A stretch of DNA of 64,000 nucleotides from the NCBI GenBank assembly GCA_038496445.1, contig JALMLS010000062.1:558001-622000 (forward strand), read 5' to 3'. Position numbers and translations under genes: made by a program. The DNA is from Trichosphaerium sp. ATCC 40318 (Eukaryota; Protista; Tubulinea). The notes beneath the pieces were generated by a model. That model worked only from the letters and a program-made list of their open reading frames with translations. It was not told the origin of the DNA and searched no databases. Positions within the stretch are counted from its first letter, which is position 1. The number at the start of each line of letters is the position of its first letter. Below, piece by piece: positions 1-14,202 of the stretch.

Positions 1-777
1 AACAAAAAGCTCCAATACAAGTTCTTGGAAAAACAAATAAAGAGCTTTGATTTAATTTAGAACTTTGCTCTTATTGGTGGACAATCTAGCTGCGTAATTG
101 TATTTACGTACCATTACACAATTTATGTACTGATTGTAGTTAAACCTTGTATTTACAGTTTAACTTTCTGCGTTGTGTCCGCGTAGTACCGATTCAACTT
201 GGTATGACTTTTTTTGAAATAGGTCCTACTTGGTCTTTAGATTTACACTGGTTCGACCGTCCGGTTGGTGACGGTGCGATTTTGGTTTCAATGACGTTCG
301 TCACTCAAGTAGTGATTGTCATTTTGGACTCGGTTTGGCCGGTTTAGATATTTTACAAAAAAGATCTACGCTGACTTAAGTGGTCATTTGATGTTTGTTT
401 GAGATCACCGAAGCAACTAGCGTCCAACAAAGAGACTCGAAGTGTATTATGGCAACTCAACCACATAGTCTAGTCAAAACGGCAAAAATCTTGACGCTAT
501 GGACTGTGCAGTCGGTTGTGAAGGTAGTTTTCGGTTAATTATAAATCCATATCCTGTTGGCTATTAGTACTTTTCAAAATCACGTTTTTATTGTACAAAA
601 ATGTGGCTGCGTAAAAACAGAGGTATAACGGCGCTGATACTACCAACGTATACTATAAACCATACATATGATTGAGGCGCTATGATATCGGTGAGTTTCT
701 TATTCACTGGATAGAAATTTCAAATTTTTTTCAATTTCATAATTGTTTTGGCGCCACACACAAAGAATGATGCAAAG

Positions 778-3700
778 ATGAACATAGAACAAACAGAAGA
801 GGCCAAAAAGTTCTCTGCGTTGGGAGACGCATCATATATCATTAATTCAGAGCTTCAGCCTGATGAGAAGGGCTATGAGTTAAATGATTTTTATATGACG
901 AAATCGCTCTCAAGGGATCTATATAAGAGCAGACCAAATGATTTTAGATGTTCGGAGCTCATACCTTTGCCTAATGCATTGCGAGAACAATTTCAATGTA
1001 AAATACGTTTTTTATGACGTTTATGCGCTTACCAAGGTAATAGATATGCAATGTAAGAGTTTTATGGGCATGTTTCCTGAAATACAACGAGCATGGCTAA
1101 CATTTGATCATAAACTCTTCCTATGGGACTATGTTAACGGGTACAGTGTTTTTGAAGCGCCATGACAGCAAAAGTTGATTACTCCTTGAACAGGTCGAGT
1201 TATGAATCATACGGCGGCTTGGACCAAATAATCAGCGCAGTAGCATTGGTAACACCAAAACCATCAGTATTCGTGTACGTCAGCTTTTAAAATATTTTAG
1301 CGTAAAAAAGTACCCTGGCGATCTCGTGGTCGCTGTGTTATTACTTTGGCGTCAATAAGAAAAACTTTTTAAAACAAAATGTCTGTTTTCAACAAATACG
1401 CTCATACGCCCTTATAAACAAAAAAACCAACGATTATATCTTAAACAAAACATTTAAAAACGGTTTAACTCTTTCGACGCGCAAATTTCAAAAATCAGCC
1501 TAAACACGCCTCTAAACAATATACAGGCCTGAAGTAAAACATCTCCTTATAGTAGGTACGCTAATAAACGCTTATACGTCATTTTTTGGCTGTCAAACCA
1601 AAAAACAATTCTTTACGTTGCATAAAGCCTCCTATATAGCTCATACGCGCTTAAAAAAATACTACGTATGATTGACATGTTTATTCAAGCGACTACTGTG
1701 GAAATTGTGATCATCGCCGTCCTTAAAAACCCCAACAACCCTCGGGATCTTAAACTTCGTGCCAGTACGTTTTAACAAATTTATATACACAGGATTAAGT
1801 GTTATTGCATTAAAACCATGAAACACATGTGTCACAGCATTTTTAATGTACCATTTCTGACGTTTTTTGTCTTTTAGCGAACTTCAGTTGTGGTACTGAT
1901 AATGTCAATATGACAAAGATTGTTGGCACAAAGAATGGTAGAATATTCGCAAGTGGTGTTGATGGACACTTATACGAAGTACATTATCGTCCTGAGAGTG
2001 GATGGTTTAATGGTAAAATGTGGAAAACTGCTGTTACAAATTTTACGACAACTTGGAATGTACCTCAGTTAGAATCTGTTACTAGTTGGCTTGGGTAAGT
2101 TGTTATTATGTCAATATTATAGGGTTGATATACTGATATTATGGGTAAACTTAGGTTCACTGGTGTCGATGCTTTGGTTGATATGTGTGTTGATGAAACG
2201 CGTCAAATTTTATATACTTGTTCAAAGAATTCTAGAATTGTTTGTTATGATCTTGGAGCAAAAGGTGATACCATACGCCGTGTTGCACAATATTTTTGTA
2301 CTTCAGCGCCAGTATTTGGTCATGGTGTTAGCGTACCACAGAAGATGGTATGTGTTTGTTTCAGCAAAAGACAAAAAAAAGCAAATCAACCTAATATTTA
2401 CTGTAGTCATTGCGTGCTGTTGGTATAAGTCCTGTCACAATCAATGAATCTGGACCTATTCATCTTGTTATAACTACACGCTCTGGTATAAGAATGTTCT
2501 TTACTACACTAACTGGGCCTGGTCAGAGCAGGGTGCGAAAAAACTCAAAAACAAACCAAAACTGTTGACACTTTATAAAGCATTACAGACTTGCTGATGA
2601 TAGACCAACTACATTGAGATTATTACATACACGTTTGATTGATGGATTACAGAGTCCTTTACTTCAGTCGGACACAGCTAGTACGTTTTAGTTTGTAATG
2701 AAATTTCATTGTTTTTTTTGAAATTTTTCCTTTTTGCTTACTGTTATCTTTGTAGCTTCTGTTCATGAAACGCATTATAGTCTTGGTACTACATTTATGG
2801 CTGATGCTATAACACCTGTACGTTTTTTTTTTTCCAATAATTTTTTAATAGGTGACATTTGAGCTCATTTCTTTCCTTCTCTAGGGTACAGATGCACTTT
2901 TGTGCTTTTCTGCCAATTTTTCAGAATCCACAACTACCCCTGATCCAAATAAAATTCCTATGCTCAATGAGTCATTGACAGAATTATATAATGTTATTGA
3001 GGTGCGTATTATAAGCTTTATTTTAGGAGCAGCAGCGAGTGTTTCTATTCACTTCCTTGATTCCAAAACCTTTTTTCCTTACACACTTTCTAGATGCCAG
3101 GTAAAATATGGTCAATAGTAGAAAATCGCTCAATGGAAGAAATCCTTTTCGAAGATAGCCTTAGAAGGTAAGTGTCTCAACTTTTAGTTCAAATTCTTCT
3201 CTTTTCTACCCCCGCGCTTGCAAGTATTGTTTTACAAGCAAAATAAAATGCAAGGCGTTTCTGTGAGGTGGAAAAACAAAGAGAAAAACGATTTGACCTG
3301 TATCAGAATTTCTTGAGATTTATGAACTCTAACAACGAGTAGGTCTCCTTCTCATGGTAGAGTTCCTGTACGAATTGTAATGAATTCAGAGCTTGCTACA
3401 CAACATGCTATTCCTGCTCGGCGATTTTTATGTCTATGGAATGGTGGTACGTGTTTTTTTTTTCTGACTTTTTCTCTGCTCGTTTTTTTGTTGATTTTCG
3501 TATCTGTTGTTTATTTTGGCTTTTAGGTATTTTTGATATTGTAAAACAACGCCCTGTCGATACACTCAAACGCATTCTCGAAGAAGGAAACTCAGCGGAG
3601 CTTAATGTACGAACATTAAACTAAAGAGACATGTTTTGATTTTTTTGTAAAATGCAAACTGACCAATCAAAAACAGGGATTCATTCAGGCTTATTCTATC

Positions 3701-6700
3701 CATCAAGTACTAGCAATGTCACTAGTTATTATATGTTGCAGAGAATCATTCGTTGAAGGATCTTTTGCCACTGTTGGGTTAGGTATAACTTTTTTGGTTT
3801 CTATCGAACCTTTTTTTTTTTTCTTGGTATTGTTTTCTCTTATGCTCACTATTTCTATCAGCGCAAACTGCTCATGCTAGAGAGCTTGCAAAAGCATTCT
3901 TTTTTCAAAACGCAGGACAAGCAGGTGTACATAGTAGCAATGGTACTATGTGTGTACGTACTGAGTATTATTCTCAAAAAATTCCTTTTTTTTTTCTTTG
4001 ACAGTTTGGGTCTCTAAGTATTTTTTTAGCTTATGTACTCTCCTGGGCAATGTGCACTCAGCACACATATGGCTCGTGTATTGAGACCAATATGGACTGA
4101 ATCTATAATCATTAAAGTCAGCAAAGAGACTATCTACAGTGAGATGGCATACGCAGAATACGTTCCTTATGTTAATGAATATCATCAAAACAGGTACGTT
4201 TTGTAATGGCAACCAAAAACCAACAAATTTGTCCTTGGGCTATTTGTATCATTGTTAACTGTATTCTAGTGATGACCCTATATTTGTGTGTCGTCTAAGT
4301 AGCGAACAATTGCGTAGTATAGAAACACAACTGAACGGCATAAAATTGTTCCTTGAAGAGAGTATCCTTTTTTTTTTTTATTTTTTTTCGAGATAGAGAC
4401 TCGAGTTTGTTCTTTGTTTCTTTGAACCCTCTTTCTGTTTTTTTCTTTCTTGGCCTTGACTTGTTTTAAAGATAATCAATTCGCTCCTATCAGACCTTAT
4501 ACTGAAATACCTCCTACACTTAGTCATCAACAAAAAGCGAACCTTCAAGATCAACAAGCAAAATCAAATATGCACTTACTTTTGCTTCATACACTAGAGT
4601 TTGTTGCATTGCTTCGTCTTCTTGTAGATAATATCATACCACTCATCATAAAGGAGTATGTGTTATCCACGTTATTCAGTGTATTCTTTATTGACGTTTC
4701 TTGTTAGGCTTCCAGAAGCACTTGGAAAGCGATTGAATGGCGTCAAATTTAATCAATACTTGATAGAGACTAGTGGAAGATTACTTACTGGTGAGATTAT
4801 TCGTGCATTGATACAGGTTGCTCAAAGATCTGACTCTGTAGTACGTATCATTACTTTTAAAATACTTGATTTTATCACGTGTTTGTGGCGTTGTTTTGGC
4901 GTTTTCTTAGAACAGAACGTTTCTATGAAGTTGGGTTTTGTGATTTATAATTGGTTTTAGCATAATGCGAGCATCAGCGATAAATTAAAGAGTAGATGTA
5001 AAAATCTATTCTCAGATCAAGAGCGTACTATATATAGAGGTATTGAGCTACTTAACATGGCAAAAACTACACAAAATATCGAACAAAGAGATCAATTCCT
5101 TAGAAGCTCATTGCAGGTAGGAATTTATTTATTTTTTATTTGTCTTTTGAATACTGGAATTTATATTGTATTTTTGCTGTTTGTTACATATTTATTGCAT
5201 ACACTATTGTGCTGTGGAACAATTTTGTTTGGTTTTTTAAAACTGATTTTCTTTGGATGGTGTTATTGATTGTTTCTTTACTTTTATTTTTTAATGTGTT
5301 GACAATCCTTTGTAGTTATTTTGTCGTTGTCCTGGTGGTTTGGAATTATCGAATATAATGGCTAGTTATCGGTATTTACGTTTTTATGATGGTGTTATAC
5401 AGCTTGCCATCAGAAGTGCACAATGTTATGATCCTACAGGCAAGTGCATAAACCCTTTTTTCCCACTTTTTTCCGAAGTATTAATTTCTGTTTCGTTTTA
5501 GATTCTGCTTTGGTTTTCTTTAAGAACGCACAAGATATGACAGACTTACAAAGAAAGAATACTCATGATAAATACAGTTATCGTTGTCTTTGTTATAAGT
5601 ACATTTTTGATGCAATGACACAAGACCTTATGGTTGTGGAGGATAACCAATCAGGTACAGCTAACAATCGCACTTTTTCTTCTTATTAATGTCTTTTAGA
5701 ATACAGTATGCCTGACGATCCAGCCACTGGTCGCCCATTCCCTAAGAGGCCTCCTATAACAGCTCGCAACAGAGAGGTGCGTGAGAGAGTGTTGACTTGG
5801 TTTTTTTTTTCGTAATTTCTTATGTGATACTAGTTTCTCAAGAAGAACTTCGTTATTACTTGTCTTGGTGCTGATGATGAACTGTTCCATTATATTTTAT
5901 ACCAATGGTGGTTGGACAATGGTGGTATGAACCACTTACTTCACGTACGTACATAGATAGACAAGGAGTATTGTTAGTTTGTTTTTTTCTGGCTTACATT
6001 AATTTTTTTTACAGTTTCAACCTTTGTACATGGAGGAGTTCTTGAGGCACTACTGTCCTGATGAGACTGATGCAAAAGATATTCTATGGAGGTATTACAT
6101 TACTCCAGGTATTGATCGATACTCCGATGCTGCATTCTCGTTGTATGAGACCGGAAGCAAAGAGTGCGTACCTTTTTCACTTTTGCCACTTCAGCTTTCT
6201 CCTTAATCGTTCTAACACCTCTGCAGTTCGGACCACTTAATTTTGGAAGATAGAATGGAATACCTTGCTAAAGCCAGAGCATATGCACAACACAGTATGG
6301 AACAAAGTACGTACCCTGAAAGCTTTTATCCTTTAAACGAAATTTGAAGATTTTCGCAAAGCTATTGGACTCTTTGCCCTTTTAAGTTGGTTAATTACTC
6401 ATTTCTCATAGACAATGTCGATAAAAGTCAGTCAAAGATGACAACAGATGTTCTGAGAGCAATTGAAACGAGTATACAAGTGCTAACTGTACAGAGAAAA
6501 ATCAGAGAAGAATTAGCAAATAGCGAGCAAGTTCCTGATATTAAAGCTGCTGCCTTGCATGATCTTAACCATAGAGTGCATCCTTTGGATACTGTACGTT
6601 GTATTTGATACAAACACGATGCACATAAGCATCATACAACACCTCATCAGCTGATTTTTCTTTTTAGTTGCTTAACACATATGCGGTTAAGTTTGTACTC

Positions 6701-7567
6701 TATGAGTCTGCTTTACATTGCTTTAAAGCCGCTGGTACTGTTGATCTACCTATTGTTACAAAATTATGGGCTTGTCTTCTTGAAGGAGAGATAATTAAGA
6801 TTAATCTATGGGAAGTGAATAATCCAGGACAACCAGGAAACCGTAGTGAGGCGATTAAGAAAAAATTGGTTAAACTCGGTAAGAGATGTTTGCCTTGATT
6901 GTTTTGTTACTTATGTTGACTTTAGGTACTGATTTCTATCCTTCCGATCATGTGTTCCCTGTACATGAAATAGCTGCAATAGTTGAAGACTATTCTAAGC
7001 AGATACGTGATCATGAGGCTTCATCTGCTATTGTAAGATTTTTTGTTGATTGGCTTTTTTTTGGTTGTCTTATCTGACATTCTTTTTAGCACACAGGACT
7101 TTCTTGGGATATTGAGTGGGTAGCACAAGCTTTTAGAGAAATTGGTGTAAACTGGTTGACGATTTTTGATAGCTACTCACGTGTAGTATCGATGGTAAGT
7201 CCAAATTTTCTGAATAATTTTTTATTCTCCAACTTTTTTTTCCCTATTTTTGACTCGTCTTGTGTACTCCCACGTGGGCTCATTTTTTTTCTTTTAGAGC
7301 ACGTGGCAAGAACCTTCCAAACAAATACATATTGTATCAGTTATGGCGTATGTTATTCGACAACTTGCAAAGGAGACCTTTAATGATACAAGACCTGGTG
7401 ATATTGCTCAATTCAGAATGAGACATGTTCCTGATGATTTGAATGGATTGATACAAACTATTGAGAGTATTAAGACACTTCAATCAAAAGAACTCTCTCT
7501 TAAACTTAAAGGTCTTTTAACAAATGTTACAAATGCATTACAGACAGGAAGGTTTACGCTTGAATGA
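778..7567 (+). CDS. NUP155: Nucleoporin Nup155/Nup170 (multi-exon)
   Basis: Exon peptides match Nup155-family blocks: PLPNALREQFQ/MQCKSFMGMFPEIQRAWLTFDHKLFLWDY, GRIFASGVDGHLYEVHY, YRYLRFYDGVIQLAIRSAQCYDP, FYPSDHVFPV. Stop TGA at 7565-7567. Confidence 0.93.
4362..4471 (+). other. U12-type (minor) GT-AG intron in Nup155
   Basis: Donor GTATCCTTT at 4362. Branch-like GCCTTGAC at 4453-4460, about 12 nt from the AG. Splicing joins ...FLEE-N-NQFAP in frame. Confidence 0.8.
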
Positions 7568-7929
7568 TGAAAGAACAAAACATCTTTAATAAAATACAAA
7601 AGAAAATTTTTACCACTCGTAAAAACCAAACTGGGTGTACCCCGCGGTTGTAAATGGAAAGAGCAAGTGTGCACTGTTAACAAGTTGATCTTGAGTTATC
7701 GACTTGAACTATGGTTGGTCCAACAAATAGCCACGTGGATAAACAAATGAGTTTGCAAGCACGATAATTTAAGCAAAGTCTCAACAGACGAAGGAACGAT
7801 TTCCAAAAAAAATCAACTCCAACCTTCAAACTATCACCACTTAAGTGAGGGCGCCTCGCCGTGTTAGTTTAAACAGTTAACTCGCAAAGTTGTAAACGTA
7901 TTTGTCGGCGATTAATCACGTGATACCAA

Positions 7930-9381
7930 ATGTCAGCAAAGATTGGCCCTTACAAACGTACTAAAACAAGACATTATACTTTATTAGATACTCCTCATGA
8001 TATACAACGTTATTTATGCACTTTCGACGCTGAAACGTTTTTTAAATTCAACTGTCTGTCTAAAAGGGCAGCAATCAACACTCATTACAATACCAAGCTC
8101 GAACAGAGTGGTATTTGGCTATATTGGTACCCTTCCGGGAAGCTACAGTATAATGTTATGATGGCAGATGGAAAGAAGAATGGTGAAACTAAGGGGTGGT
8201 ACGAGTCTGGAGGACTCAAGTTTCTTTGTATGTATCTTAATGATAAGGCTAATGGTGTACGAAAGTCGTGGCATGAAAATGGAGAACTGAAGTTTGAAAC
8301 AATGTATGTTAATGGCAGTAGACATGGTGTTGAAACGCTATGGTTTGACAATGGACAAGTTGAGGCACGGTGTAATTGGGTTGATGATAAGCTTGAAGGT
8401 TTACAACATAGATGGTTCAAGAGTGGTCTAAAAAAGGCAGAGTGTATGTATGTTAAGGGTAAAAAGAATGGTGAGTTAAAGTTGTGGAGTACCAATGGAC
8501 AAATTGTTCAACATGGTTTTTATATTGATAGTAAACAACATGGTGAGTGTAAATGGTGGTATGATAGTGGTCAACTCATGGAACATTCTATTTTTCTATA
8601 TGGTAAGAAGAATGGAAAGCGTTCAGAGTGGTATGAGAATGGACAACTTAAAACTGAAGTTGTTTTTGTCAATGGCAAAGAGAATGGCGAGTTTAATGAA
8701 TGGCATGAGAATGGACAACGTAAAGCGCAGTGTATGTACAATAATGGTGATGAGGAAGGCGAGCTTATTACTTGGTTTGAGAATGGAAGTCGTAGGTGTC
8801 AACGTACTTTTGTTAAAGGTGTGAAGCAAGGACAACATAATCAGTGGTATGAAAATGGACAACTACACATTCAGAATAACTTTATTGCTGGCAAGGAAAG
8901 TGGCATGTACAAGCAATGGTATGAAACTGGAGTACTTGAACTACAAACTGTTTATGTTGATGGTAAGGAGAATGGAACGCATGATGAGTGGTATGAGAAT
9001 GGAAAAGTGAGGTTACAATGCATCTTTATCAATGGTAAGAAGAATGGTAAGTATGAGGAGTGGTATGAGAACGGAAAAGTCAAGGAACAATCGTTGCATG
9101 TTGATGATAAGTACCAAGGTGAGGTAAAGCAGTGGTATGAAAACGGGCAGCTCAGGGTAAACTGTATGTATGTTGATGGCAAAAAACATGGTGAGGCTAA
9201 GGCATGGTACGAGAACGGAAAGTTGAAAGTTCAAGGCATGTTTGAAAATGGGTTAATGAATGGCGAATTTAAGAAGTGGTATGAGAATGGTCAAATTCAC
9301 TCCATAAGCTTTTACCACCATGACATAAAACATGGTGTAAAGGAGTGGGCATCAGATGGTCATTTAAAGACATGGGGTTGA
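7930..9381 (+). CDS. Intronless F-box-like + MORN_2 (YwqK-type) repeat protein
   Basis: 483-aa ORF with ~17 repeats of 24 aa (WYENGQL...Y.NGK.NG). The N-terminus LLDTPHDIQRYL..F...LSKR is F-box-like and shared with two paralogs in this window. Confidence 0.85.
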   Translation: MSAKIGPYKRTKTRHYTLLDTPHDIQRYLCTFDAETFFKFNCLSKRAAINTHYNTKLEQSGIWLYWYPSGKLQYNVMMADGKKNGETKGWYESGGLKFLCMYLNDKANGVRKSWHENGELKFETMYVNGSRHGVETLWFDNGQVEARCNWVDDKLEGLQHRWFKSGLKKAECMYVKGKKNGELKLWSTNGQIVQHGFYIDSKQHGECKWWYDSGQLMEHSIFLYGKKNGKRSEWYENGQLKTEVVFVNGKENGEFNEWHENGQRKAQCMYNNGDEEGELITWFENGSRRCQRTFVKGVKQGQHNQWYENGQLHIQNNFIAGKESGMYKQWYETGVLELQTVYVDGKENGTHDEWYENGKVRLQCIFINGKKNGKYEEWYENGKVKEQSLHVDDKYQGEVKQWYENGQLRVNCMYVDGKKHGEAKAWYENGKLKVQGMFENGLMNGEFKKWYENGQIHSISFYHHDIKHGVKEWASDGHLKTWG

Positions 9382-10094
9382 TAAAAATGGACTATTAATT
9401 CGGAGAATGCATCAACAAGCTCCGTTATAGAAAAAACCAAATAAATCTTTAGAGAGTGAAGATTCTCCTGTTGGGTTTCCGCTTTAGGGTTGCCGTGTTT
9501 ATTCAATTTTGAAGTTTACACAGAAAGAGGGTACATATGAAGTATGTGTTTGTTTAGGCAGTCTGCTTCACATTTTTTTGTTTATCTTGAAGCTTGTTGA
9601 TTTATAAGTTTTTTTGTACTTCCGCAGTGGCTGTGGTGGTTTGACAAGGAAATCCCTTTATACCAATGAGCTGTAATCCAATGTCCATAACTATTTATGC
9701 CTCATGGTACAGTAGTGCATGGGAGGAAAACAAATGTTGCTCCCGCTTGCAAGCACGTATTGATGCTAAACACATTCATAAGATTAACAAACCACTTAGC
9801 TTAGCATCCATCGTACCTAGTGTACACTTTCTTAGGCTCATCAAGTACATTATAATACAACAAGTGATGAATCAATTGATTCATCCTTATTACAAGAACG
9901 CAGAACGTGTGGAAAGTCCGCAATGCAATACAAGTTGAGGGACATTCGAAAAGAAACTAAAATCAATAAACAAACATAACAATTGACAGTACATAATTCT
10001 CATGGCTTCGCCTCAGTACTCTACGCCATCTTAACTCTGTAAAACAATTCACTGGAGCAGCTCTAGACAGTAACAGACTAATCCAGTGTGCATG

Positions 10095-13000
10095 CAAACT
10101 ATGTTACTTGCCTAAAGTGCGCCCACAGTACACGTCAAGTGAGTGAAAATACAATAAAAATTATTCCCTTTGCGAGTCATTAGGTTGTGTAAGGTCCTCA
10201 CTCAGTAGTGCTTAAAACCATTGGACGGAAACAAAGACAGCTGCTCAGAAACCATCTAGATGTGCTTATAAACGTGACAGAAACTAGACATTCTGGGAAC
10301 CAAACTTAGAATTTGAACTGTATAATGAGTTTACTGAGTACGATTCACTTAAAATACGTTAAGCGTTACTTTCTGTTGACATTTATCCGTTCTTGCTAAC
10401 GCTCAACCAACGTCTACTTTGTATTTAATTGCGTTATCTCTCAAAAATGAACTCAGGCAACGATTTATCTCAAATACCGCTTGAGGTGACGTTATAATGC
10501 TTGTACACAAGGTAAAATCGCTAACGTAACCGTATTAGATCGCTCACACGATATTTATGTTAATACCCATCAAACAAACCGGCAAGTCGTTTTTGACGCG
10601 TATTTAACGCTAAAATGAATAGGTATTCTTCCATTGGTGTCAAAGAGTTGGAAAAAGATGTATTCCGCTGAATCTCTTTGGGTACGCATCTTACGCATCC
10701 AATACTTGCCCTAACGTGGTTGCAACAATAGGCGATGATTTGTAGCAAATATAAATGGGTTCGCCGTCTGCCAAAAGGTATGACATGGAAACAACTGTTC
10801 AAAGACCGATATCCACTCCATGAATACATGTCATCACTTAGACTTGTAAAAGAAGGTACGACTACAACTTTATGTTATTTATTCACGCACGTGACTTTTA
10901 TTATTCTTGTAGAAGAACATGATCAACTCTTACGTTTCTCAAATGACAATACAGAGGTCACGTATGTTGGTGAAAATAACAAATCTAGGGTAAAAGAAAA
11001 TACTTTGTGGAAAAAAACCAAGTGAGTTTGATGTTGTTTAGAGTTGTCAAGCATCACATCCAATGAGACCACTTCCTTTTGGTAAAATTACATCAGTATC
11101 ATACTACGAGATCTATGTTATTGATACCCAAGAAGATCCTGCGTGAGTGGTTATGCTCAGTTGTGTACTAACTTCAAAATAGTGTTATTGGTATGGGTGC
11201 TGCTCTGAAACATTTTGAAAAAACCAAGGCGTTGCCAGGATGTAGAAAGTGTTCATATGGATATCACGGGTAATACTTGATTCCAATACAAAGTGTTTAT
11301 TAATTGTTTACGTTTTTTTAGAGATGATGGTGGCTTCTACTTTCGTAAGATGGGCTTTTTTGTTGTGCAATCAAAAAGTGATGGACTTTATGTTTAATGT
11401 GTTTTACTTTTAGAAAATGCATGGACATACACATTTAAAGAAAAGTGGGGACTTCATGATACAATTGGATGTGGGTTTGACTTTCAAGAAAAAGAAATGT
11501 TCTTTACAAAGAATGGCAACTTTATTGGCGTTATTCCTTATGTACTACTTCTTTTTCTTTTGTTTTCCTATTTTTTCATGACTGTTGTTTGTAGCCTGAT
11601 ATTGAAGCACAAATGTTCTTTCCAACTATTGGCATGAGATCAAACAGTGCCAAGTGTAGTGTAAACTTTGGAAAAGAACCATTTCGATTTGATGTGATTG
11701 CATACATTGACAAGAAATGTGAACGTACAACTTTCTTTTTTTAAACTCTTCAAAATATTCATACGTTCTAAATCATCTTTGTTTAAGTTGCTGATCATCC
11801 ATTGAAGAATCCAGTAGTACCCAAGGTACTTTGAATGCAATCAATTTGATTTTTAAGTATACAATAGTGGAGGGATGCCCCAATAGACTGGAACGAGTTA
11901 CTAGAAGGCCACTCAAATTTTTATTGGATGCTCGACCAGATTAGTAAGTCAAGTGCTACTTGTTAATATACTTACCACATACACAGCTATACTTGGTGTA
12001 TCAGCTTTCAAAAATCGTAAATTGATGAACTACATCAAGGAAGGCCTTGCTCAAATCCCAGGCTTCGATGCAAATACAGCATCATCGTCAGTAAGCTTTT
12101 TTTTTTCCTTCAACAAAAACAACTTTAGATCCTTATTGTTTTCTCTCATTACAGGATATTCACGAAATGCTTTCATACACTACACAAATTCAAACAATAA
12201 ACAACATCGAAACTGCAATGTGGCGCGCATATGATGGTGAAGATCCAGGACTACGTCTACCTCAAGTTATGTCTTTGCACGAATATTTTTTATTTATTTC
12301 AAAACCGGGAACACCATGGCAAAATGAGTTCTTACCAATGATGGAACCATTCTTCCTTGACAAAGATGTTTATAAACCTAGTACGCTTATATTTACAACA
12401 TCATCAATATTGTAGATACTAATAACGGAACTCTATCATAATAGGTGACAGCGACAGTGTGAAAATGGAACTAGTTAAAACATACATCCCAATCATCATA
12501 GCACAACACACAAAACAATCGTACTCTTTCTAGTGGCTTTTCAATACTTTGTTACACGTGCACATTATTGGTTTTGACTTATAAATTGATAATAGGCTTG
12601 AGATGTATTTCACTTATCTTGAATCTCCAGATATACCAGACCATCATGATTTCATCAGATTTATTGCTTTGAAATTTGTACAATACCCATCTTCTGTTAC
12701 AAATGATTTTCTCACTACAGTGGTTAGGAATGTGCTGATGGGAATATATCAGATAAAGAAATGCGTGATGCAGCAAGATCGTACGAAATAAAATACATGT
12801 CATACTTTTTGGTTTGAAGTCTAACAGTATTACCTTTAGTATCTGCATTAAGATGTTTGCTGATGCTATCAACCCTCCAAAACCAAAAACGAATGCTATT
12901 ACTAAAGCCTTTGATGTGTTTCACTTTATATTCTTTCCTGTAATTTACCTATCAACCTCGTGCGTCTTCTCTTTTTATTATGGTTTATTTTAAGTAAAAA

Positions 13001-13175
13001 CTTACTGACTTATCTATTAGGATATACCATGTCCCTTACTATTTTATTCGCTCTGTAAACACTTTGTGGCGCTACATAAGTTCGTTGTGGAAGCGGTAGA
13101 GTTCTAGAAGGAAGTGTATTATGATTTGGTCAAACCAAACAAGACCTTTTTAGAGTGATTGTAATTACAAAATAA
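10095..13175 (+). repeat. Left arm of ~3.1 kb inverted repeat (partner 15180-18270)
   Basis: Reverse-complement identity is visible along the arm. For example, 12885-13050 vs 15320-15480 is essentially identical, and 10095-10200 vs 18155-18270 is similar. Ends are approximate. Confidence 0.93.
10447..13107 (+). CDS. F-box + SPRY (RanBP9-like) domain protein, copy A
   Basis: Spliced F-box DLSQIPLEIAHTIFMLIPIKQTGILPLVSKSWKKMYSAESLW. SPRY motifs YYEIYVID, SYGYHGDDG, DTIGCGFDFQEKEMFFTKNG, FPTIGMRS, VNFGKEPFRFD. Ends VEAVEF-TAG. Confidence 0.88.
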
Positions 13176-13314
13176 AATCAAACTCAACCAACAAGTGCTC
13201 CTAGATCATAATATTCTAGACGCTGTACCAAATATAGGAATACACTACTTCACAGGAGTAGAATGATGAAAAAACTATCACTTCAGTAACTTTAAGTAGT
13301 TTGTTATGTGTTTA

Positions 13315-14202
13315 TTAACCAATGCTAACTGTTTTAGTCCACAAGCATCCATCTACATCTACAGCACGCAGGTTATACACAATCCCATTTCTGTACACAT
13401 CCACTTGTTTGAAGATTGTGGTGACTGTAGACCAACCAGCAAAGTCAACATAATAGAATGTTCCATTGGTTGCAGTGGTGGCATAGATACCGAATGTACT
13501 CACAGAAATCTGAACAAACTGTTGTGCGAATGATTCATCAAGATCAACCCATGCTGTTCCAATTGGATCTGTGGGAGTGACGCCATCCCTGTAACTGATT
13601 TTTCCATTCGGTTTAATGCCGTAAGGTACACCATCTTCATCTACATCAACATACTTGAGATTACCACTGACCTACACAAGCAATGAGTGTTGTTTCAAAA
13701 ACTGTGAAGAAAAGTACCAGTTGCCAAGGAGCAGTAGAGCTCGCTTTGTAGTAAATGAAGTTATTTGGATTCACACCCCAGATACCTCCACTTGGAGTCA
13801 CGCTCAGCTGTTTCAAGATACCAGGTACATGAACCCAATTAGAACCGGTATTAGATCCCTGTTTAGATTGTAAGTACTTTAAAACCACTAAAAATAACGT
13901 ACCGTAGAACCAAGGCGATAGAATATCAGGTTGTCATAGTTTACACCCCACACGTTACCGTTAACACCGACATCAAGTTGTTTGAGTTGTCCTGATATTC
14001 GATTGTCGTTGGGTACGTGGTAGATGGTTTCACAAGGAGTTATTCCCCATTCATCACTTGGTCCAATAGCGACCTGTACCAGATTGCGAGTGTATGGATG
14101 ACGATCCCATCCTGCAACTGTAGTTGATGGTGTATCAGTACTAGTTGCAGCATACGATACGCCAATGATAAGTAAAATATAAAATAAGAGATGCGTTGTC
14201 AT
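13315..14202 (-). CDS. Secreted tectonin/tachylectin-1-like beta-propeller lectin (3 exons)
   Basis: Hydrophobic signal peptide followed by tectonin-type repeats ISGQLKQLDVGVNGNVWGVN, VPGILKQLSVTPSGGIWGVN, VSGNLKYVDVDEDG. Confidence 0.85.

Noticed and set aside
8085-9234. Antisense and alternate-frame ORFs over the MORN gene (likewise 24807-25173, 35361-35777, 56206-56523)
   Set aside because: Shadows of repetitive or compositionally biased real CDSs.
7930-9381. Bacterial YwqK antitoxin or contamination
   Set aside because: It is embedded between intron-rich eukaryotic genes, has local paralogs, and has no toxin partner.
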